Assembly (NCBI GenBank): GCA_046754225.1
Contig: JBHHVI010000004.1
Span: 147 to 64,146 of the forward strand
Reading direction: 5' to 3'
DNA length: 64,000 bases
Source: Thermodesulfobacteriota bacterium
GTDB lineage: Bacteria; Desulfobacterota; GWC2-55-46; JADFVP01
This document shows positions 58,752 to 64,000 of the stretch, one piece after another (the first letter of the stretch is position 1; each line of letters starts with the position of its first letter). The notes below the pieces were generated by a model. That model saw nothing but the letters and a program-made list of their open reading frames with translations, ran no database searches and was not told the origin of the DNA. The translations under genes were made by a program, and so were the position numbers.

Positions 58752-59987
58752 ATGACAGAAGACTACATACAGGGGCTTTTCGCCGAAAGGATAGGCGGGC
58801 CGGCCTTCGGCATGTCGACAAAGATATATAAGTTCGAGAAGATAAAAAGGGCGAAGGCCGAGGCGAAGAGGATGGACCCTCAAACCGAACTCCTCGACTT
58901 CGGCGTGGGCGAGCCCGACGAGATGGCCTTCCCCGTGGTGGTCGAGGCCTTGAAGCATGAATGCGCCAAACCTGAGAACAGGGGATACGCCGATAACGGC
59001 ATCTCTGAGCTAAAGGAGGCGGCCTCAAGATACCTTGAAAGGGTTTTCGACGTAAGCGGGATAGACCCTGAAAAAGAGGTGCTCCATTCCATAGGCTCCA
59101 AGTGCGCGCTCGCCATGCTCCCCGACGCCTTTATCAATAAAGGCGACGCCACGCTCATGACCACGCCGGGCTACCCGGTTATGGCGACCCACACGGAGTG
59201 GCTCGGCGGCCGCGTCGTAACCCTTCCGCTCCTTGCTGAGAACGGGTTCCTGCCCGACCTGGACTCCCTTACACGCAAATCGCTCAAGGGCGCGAAACTC
59301 CTTTATCTCAATTATCCCAACAACCCCACAGGGGCCGGGGCCACAGAGGATTTTTTCAAGCGCGTCGTTGAATTCGCCGTGAAGAACAAACTGGTAGTCG
59401 TCCATGATGCGGCCTACGCCGCGCTCACGTACAGCGATAAACCGCTTAGTTTTTTGTCCATAGAAGGGGCGAAAGAAGTCGGCGTGGAGATGCATTCCTT
59501 TTCAAAGGCCTTTAATATGACGGGATGGAGGCTCGCCTTCCTCGCCGGTTCCAGTAAGGTGATAAGCGCCTTCGCCCACGTAAAGGATAACTACGACTCA
59601 GGCCAGTTCAAGGCCATCCAGAAGGCCGGCGTCTACGCCCTGGACCATCCCGGCATTACGGAAAAGATTACGGCCAAATACAGGAGAAGGCTGGAGCTCA
59701 TGGTTAAGGCGCTTAAGGAGTGCGGTTTTGACGCCGCGATGCCGGGCGGCACATTTTACCTCTATGTCAGGGCCCCGAAAAGCGCGGCCCGGAAGGCCGC
59801 GTTCAAAAACGCCGAAGAGGCCTCGGAGTATCTCATAAAAGAGGCGCACATATCTACGGTGCCATGGGACGACGCCGGACATTTTTTAAGGTTCTCGGCC
59901 ACCTTCGCCGCGAAAGACAAGGAAGAGGAGTTCAGAGTCACCGAGGAGATGAAGAAAAGGCTTAAAGTCCTTGAACTCGAGTTCTGA
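58752..59987 (+). CDS. dapL: class I/II aminotransferase, LL-diaminopimelate aminotransferase (DapL)-like
   Basis: PLP-Lys motif SFSKAFNMTGWR and fold-type I architecture; the N-terminus (IYKFEKIKRAK) resembles DapL. The specific assignment is tentative. Confidence 0.55.
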   Translation: MTEDYIQGLFAERIGGPAFGMSTKIYKFEKIKRAKAEAKRMDPQTELLDFGVGEPDEMAFPVVVEALKHECAKPENRGYADNGISELKEAASRYLERVFDVSGIDPEKEVLHSIGSKCALAMLPDAFINKGDATLMTTPGYPVMATHTEWLGGRVVTLPLLAENGFLPDLDSLTRKSLKGAKLLYLNYPNNPTGAGATEDFFKRVVEFAVKNKLVVVHDAAYAALTYSDKPLSFLSIEGAKEVGVEMHSFSKAFNMTGWRLAFLAGSSKVISAFAHVKDNYDSGQFKAIQKAGVYALDHPGITEKITAKYRRRLELMVKALKECGFDAAMPGGTFYLYVRAPKSAARKAAFKNAEEASEYLIKEAHISTVPWDDAGHFLRFSATFAAKDKEEEFRVTEEMKKRLKVLELEF

Positions 59988-59992
59988 CCCAT

Positions 59993-60496
59993 ATGGCCGA
60001 GCGGGTATTTATAGCCGTAGGCTCCAACCTTGGCGACAGGGCCAGAAACTGCCTGAAGGCCATAGGGCTTATCGAAGAGAATAGCGGGCGGGTCAGGCTC
60101 GTAAGAAAAAGCCCTTTTTACGAGACCGAGCCCTGGGGGCTTACGGAGCAGCCCCCTTTTGTAAACGCCGTTATAGAGGTGGCCACCGGGCTTGAACCCC
60201 GACCTCTCCTCGCCTTTTTAAAGGGTATAGAAGAGGAGATGGGAAGAGAGGGCGCGGCTCGGTGGGGGCCCAGAAGAATTGACCTCGACATCATCTTTTT
60301 CGGCCGGAGGGTTTTGAGGGAGCGGGGCCTCGTTATCCCCCACCCGCGTATGAACGAAAGGGCTTTTGTCCTCGTACCCCTTGCCGATATTGCCCCTGGT
60401 TTTATCCATCCCGTATTTAAAAAGACCGTAACGGCAATGAAGGGCGCCCTTAAAGATACCGGCTCCGTTAAAAGGCTTGCCGGACAAAACAATTGA
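59993..60496 (+). CDS. folK: 2-amino-4-hydroxy-6-hydroxymethyldihydropteridine pyrophosphokinase
   Basis: HPPK motifs (VFIAVGSNLGD, RWGPRRIDLDII, ERAFVLVPL). Confidence 0.9.
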   Translation: MAERVFIAVGSNLGDRARNCLKAIGLIEENSGRVRLVRKSPFYETEPWGLTEQPPFVNAVIEVATGLEPRPLLAFLKGIEEEMGREGAARWGPRRIDLDIIFFGRRVLRERGLVIPHPRMNERAFVLVPLADIAPGFIHPVFKKTVTAMKGALKDTGSVKRLAGQNN

Positions 60497-60768
60497 AGAC
60501 ACTATTTTTTATACTCATAGCCTATCTTCTCTACGTTATAATAAAGAGGCTTTTCGCGTCGAACATGCCGGCGCGGCCGGCGCGGCCGGCAGGGGACGAG
60601 ACCGTACACGAAACCCATGTGGCCGGGGGCGAAGAGATGGTTCAGGACCCGGTATGCGAGAGTTACGTGCCCTTTTCTGCTGCTCTTAAGGCACGGACCA
60701 AAAAGGGGGAGTTTTACTTCTGCAGCAGTGAATGCAGGGATAAATTCATCTCTGAGATGGATGAGTAG
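60493..60768 (+). CDS. small membrane protein with C-terminal YHS (TRASH-like metal-binding) domain
   Basis: N-terminal TM helix (LFFILIAYLLYVII) and a C-terminal DPVCESYV...GEFYFCSSECRDKF matching the YHS domain pattern; start overlaps the folK stop. Confidence 0.6.
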   Translation: MKTLFFILIAYLLYVIIKRLFASNMPARPARPAGDETVHETHVAGGEEMVQDPVCESYVPFSAALKARTKKGEFYFCSSECRDKFISEMDE

Positions 60769-61011
60769 ACTATCAGATATGAGGCGTTTTTTTGCCGGCC
60801 TCTGCGCCTTCGCCCAGTCGTGAAATCGGTTGACGAATTGGGCCTCCCTTGATATCCTAATCGGGAAAAACTCTGTTTTTATTACGTCTTATCGCTATTA
60901 GCGATTTCGTTGTTTCTCTTTTCCATGTGACAGGGGCCGCGTTTTAGCTGAATAAAAATACTTTTTAAGGGATTAAGGGTTTAATTGGAACATTAATCAA
61001 GGAGGAATCTT

Positions 61012-61806
61012 ATGGACTGGGGCATGAAAAACCGTTTATCGAGGATAATAAAACCCGACACGGGAAGGACCGTTATGCTCGCCGTGGACCACGGGTACTT
61101 TTTAGGGCCGACGACAGGCCTTGAAGAGCCCGGTAAGACCGTTGAGCCTCTCCTTCCTTACGCTGACACCCTCATGCTTACAAGGGGGGTCTTAAGGAGT
61201 TCAGTCGACCCCTCTACGGCCACGCCCATAGTCCTGAGGGTATCGGGGGGCACGAGCATACTCGGAAACCTCGCCGACGAAGGTACGACCGTCTCCTTCG
61301 AGGACGCCGTAAGGCTCAATGTCTCGGGTGTGGCGCTTTCAATATTCGTAGGCTCGGAACTTGAGAAACAGTCGCTCCTCGGTCTCGCCGACCTTGTGAG
61401 CGCGGCCGAGGGTTACGGCATACCCGTGCTCGCCGTCACGGCCGTGGGAAAGGATATGGCGAGGGATACGAGGTACCTGGGGCTCGCCTGCAGGATCGCC
61501 GCCGAGCTCGGCGCCCATATCGTGAAGACCTATTACTGCGATGATTTTGAGAAGGTGGTAAGGAACACGCCCGTGCCCATAGTAATCGCGGGAGGCAAGA
61601 AGATTCCGGAAGAGGACGCCCTCAAACTCGCCCATAACGCCATAGAGAGTGGCGCCGTTGGTGTGGATATGGGGCGTAACATCTTCCAGTCCGAGGCCCC
61701 CGTGGCCATGATAAAGGCCGTCAGGGAGGTGGTGCATAACAACATGGCCCCTGAAAAGGCCTACGACCTCTTTAAGACCCTTGCCGGCGAGAAGAAGACA
61801 GCCTGA
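61012..61806 (+). CDS. DhnA-type class I aldolase family (fructose-bisphosphate aldolase class I, or ADH synthase of the alternative shikimate route)
   Basis: TIM-barrel DhnA/FbaB-family features (VMLAVDHG, Schiff-base Lys candidate in HIVKTYY, PVPIVIAGG); RBS AAGGAGG. Confidence 0.65.
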   Translation: MDWGMKNRLSRIIKPDTGRTVMLAVDHGYFLGPTTGLEEPGKTVEPLLPYADTLMLTRGVLRSSVDPSTATPIVLRVSGGTSILGNLADEGTTVSFEDAVRLNVSGVALSIFVGSELEKQSLLGLADLVSAAEGYGIPVLAVTAVGKDMARDTRYLGLACRIAAELGAHIVKTYYCDDFEKVVRNTPVPIVIAGGKKIPEEDALKLAHNAIESGAVGVDMGRNIFQSEAPVAMIKAVREVVHNNMAPEKAYDLFKTLAGEKKTA

Positions 61807-61849
61807 GCGCGGGGAGCTTGCCAGGTGGCCTAAAAAAACTTGACTGAAA

Positions 61850-62884
61850 GTGAGGAGCGTTTTGAGGGCGGCTGTCTATTACAACAATAGCGATGTAAGA
61901 ATCGAAGAACTCGCCGTACCGGAAATAGGCGAAGAAGAAATACTCGTAAAGGTAGAGGCGAGCGGCATTTGCGGAAGCGATGTCATGGAGTGGTACAGGA
62001 TAAAGAAGGCGCCTCTCGTCCTCGGCCATGAGGTTGCCGGCACAGTGGAACTGGCCGGCTCCCGGGTAAAAAAATTTAAGACCGGGGACCGCGTAACAGT
62101 AGCCCACCATGTGCCGTGCAATACATGCAGGTATTGTCTGAAGGGCGAGCATTCCGTATGCGACACGCTCCGGACGACCAACTTCGACCCCGGCGGCTTC
62201 GCCCAGTTTATAAGGGTCCCTGAGATAAACGTGGACAGGGGCGTTTTTTTATTGCCCGAAGGGATGAGTTTTGAGGAGGCGACCTTCGCCGAGCCCCTTG
62301 GGTGCGTGTCGAGGGGACTGAAGAGGGCGCGTATGGAGGCCGGCAAAAGCGTCCTTGTCATCGGGTCCGGCATCTCCGGTCTCCTTCACGTAAAACTCGC
62401 GAAGGCCCTCGGGGCGTCAGCGATAGTGGCCACCGACATAAACCCCTTCAGGCTCGACGCGGCAGGGCGTTTCGGCGCCGACCATGTATTGAAGGCCGGC
62501 TCCGATGTCCCGGCGAGAGTACGTGCGCTTATGGGACGGCCCGCGGATATCGTGGTCCTATGTGTGGCTTCAGCCCCGGCCGTGACACAGGGCCTTAAGA
62601 GCGTTGACAGGGGCGGCACGGTCGTATTCTTCGCACCGGCCGAACCGGGCTCCGCATTTCCCATGCCGCTATTTGACCTCTGGCGTGATAACGTTACCAT
62701 TATCAACACTTACGCCGCCCCTCCCCTCGATACAATGACAGCGATAGACCTTATAGGCTCCGGGAGCGTCGGTGTCTCGGACATGATTACCCACAGGCTG
62801 CCCCTGGACAGGACCTCTGAAGGCTTCGACCTCGTAGCCGGGGCGAAAGAGTCGATAAAGGTTATAGTAGAGCCCAATGGATAG
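61850..62884 (+). CDS. zinc-dependent alcohol dehydrogenase family (threonine/sorbitol dehydrogenase-like)
   Basis: Catalytic zinc ligands (GICGSDV, GHEVAG), structural zinc (CNTCRYCLKGEHSVC), Rossmann motif VIGSGISG. Confidence 0.8.
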   Translation: MRSVLRAAVYYNNSDVRIEELAVPEIGEEEILVKVEASGICGSDVMEWYRIKKAPLVLGHEVAGTVELAGSRVKKFKTGDRVTVAHHVPCNTCRYCLKGEHSVCDTLRTTNFDPGGFAQFIRVPEINVDRGVFLLPEGMSFEEATFAEPLGCVSRGLKRARMEAGKSVLVIGSGISGLLHVKLAKALGASAIVATDINPFRLDAAGRFGADHVLKAGSDVPARVRALMGRPADIVVLCVASAPAVTQGLKSVDRGGTVVFFAPAEPGSAFPMPLFDLWRDNVTIINTYAAPPLDTMTAIDLIGSGSVGVSDMITHRLPLDRTSEGFDLVAGAKESIKVIVEPNG

Positions 62885-62943
62885 GGAATATCCCGGGCAG
62901 TGCGAAAGGTTTTACGGGGCCTGATACCCCCACTGGAGAAAAA

Positions 62944-63807
62944 GTGAAAAACATAGGGATGGTTGTAAAGGTAAGTAACCCTGACGCGATAAAATTCGGC
63001 TGTGAACTGGCCCGCTGGATAGATGAAAAGGGCGGCGCCGTCTTTGTCGACCCTGAACTCGCCCCGGGCATAACCCCGTCAAAGGCCGTAAGCCGGGAGG
63101 AGTTTCTCGTCTCCATAGACGTCCTCCTGGTCCTCGGCGGTGACGGCACAATCATCTCGACGGCGAGGCTTGTGGCCGATAAAAAGATACCCATCCTCGG
63201 CATAAACCTCGGAGGTCTCGGTTTTCTTACCGCCGTTACCGTGGACGAGGCGCACCGGTTGATAGAAAAGATTTTAAACGGCGATTTTACCGTCGAGGAG
63301 AGGATGATGCTCTATGTGGAGCATAAGCGGGACGGCAGGGTAATTGCAAGATACAGGGTCATGAATGACGCGGTGATTAAGGGTACGGCGGTGCGGCTTG
63401 TAAGGGTTGAGACCCGTATCAACAGCGAATACGTCACGACCTACAGGGCCGACGGCCTTATAGTGGCCACCCCGACGGGTTCCACCGCGTATTCCCTTTC
63501 CGCCGCCGGCCCCATACTCTATCCCACCATCCATTCCATTATCGTCGTCCCCATCTGTCCCTTTAACCTGACGAACCGCCCTGTCGTTATCCCCGACTGG
63601 ATGACGGTGGACGTCAGCGTCTGTCCTGAGCAGACGGGGATCAGTCTTGTGCTTGACGGACAGGTTGACGTCAGTCTCTCCTGCGGGGACGTTGTAACGA
63701 TGAAGAAGGCTGACACGTGCGTATACCTGGTCAAGTATGAGGGCAAAAGTTATTTTGATATACTGAGGGAGCGGCTTATGTGGGAAGTAAAGGTGGAAAA
63801 GAGGTGA
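62944..63807 (+). CDS. nadK: NAD(+) kinase
   Basis: GGDGT motif, NDAVIKG and a PTGSTAYSLSAAGP motif; GTG start. Confidence 0.9.
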   Translation: MKNIGMVVKVSNPDAIKFGCELARWIDEKGGAVFVDPELAPGITPSKAVSREEFLVSIDVLLVLGGDGTIISTARLVADKKIPILGINLGGLGFLTAVTVDEAHRLIEKILNGDFTVEERMMLYVEHKRDGRVIARYRVMNDAVIKGTAVRLVRVETRINSEYVTTYRADGLIVATPTGSTAYSLSAAGPILYPTIHSIIVVPICPFNLTNRPVVIPDWMTVDVSVCPEQTGISLVLDGQVDVSLSCGDVVTMKKADTCVYLVKYEGKSYFDILRERLMWEVKVEKR

Positions 63808-63839
63808 GACCCTCAAGCCTCTTTAACAGGGTTTAAAAA

Positions 63840-64000
63840 ATGCTTGTAGAGTTGAGCGTCAAAAATTTCGCCATAATAGACAGGCTGTCTATGGACTTCG
63901 GCCCCGGGCTCAATATCTTTACCGGTGAGACGGGGGCCGGCAAGAGCATAATAATAGACGCGATAGCCCTTATTCTCGGAGACCGCGCCTCGGCCGAGTT
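63840..64000 (+). CDS. recN: DNA repair protein RecN, N-terminal fragment (continues past the window's right edge)
   Basis: MLVELSVKNFAIIDRLSMDFGPGLNIFTGETGAGKSIIIDAIALILGDRAS with Walker A; nadK-recN synteny. Confidence 0.85.
   Translation, partial: MLVELSVKNFAIIDRLSMDFGPGLNIFTGETGAGKSIIIDAIALILGDRASAE

Overview
This is a 64 kb chromosomal segment from a GC-rich (about 58-60%) bacterium that looks like an anaerobe (4-subunit 2-oxoacid:ferredoxin oxidoreductase, radical SAM, selenoprotein) with several archaeal-type enzymes (bifunctional FBP aldolase/phosphatase, MTH1187/YkoF-like protein, possible ADH-synthase-type aldolase). Lineage cannot be assigned from sequence alone; a Desulfobacterota- or Nitrospirota-like, possibly thermophilic, organism would fit. 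Most of the window is housekeeping genes in conserved syntenies: CIRCE-groES-groEL, nth, ndk, rlmN, mtnP, rodZ, two tandem tRNA-Ser, ffs (SRP RNA)-dnaX-ybaB-recR, porGDAB, mutS2-dnaG-rpoD, rpsU, acs, hisS, engB, rumA, greA, an alpha-carbonic anhydrase, lepA-lepB, xerC-hslV-hslU, argBDFG, dapL-like, folK, nadK-recN. No CRISPR array, IS element or prophage was seen.

The parts worth a second look:
- a small glutaredoxin-like gene (3517..3732) with an in-frame UGA at the redox-motif position and a SECIS-like hairpin, i.e. a probable selenoprotein missed by standard ORF calling;
- an AT-rich island (26684..28453) between rpoD and rpsU carrying a near-consensus sigma70 promoter with UP-like A/T tracts and a terminator/anti-terminator-like leader, driving a secreted 5-heme c-type cytochrome that is rich in Thr/Ser/Asn/Gly and has motif resemblance to OmcS-type extracellular 'nanowire' cytochromes;
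- a protoglobin (globin-coupled sensor) domain fused to a PsiE-like membrane domain (4449..5333);
- a minus-strand cluster of YkoF-like, radical SAM, zinc-ribbon and PurM-like genes (37072..40180) lying next to the archaeal-type fbp;
- a degenerate duplicate of the hslU 5' end in the hslV-hslU spacer (52005..52061).
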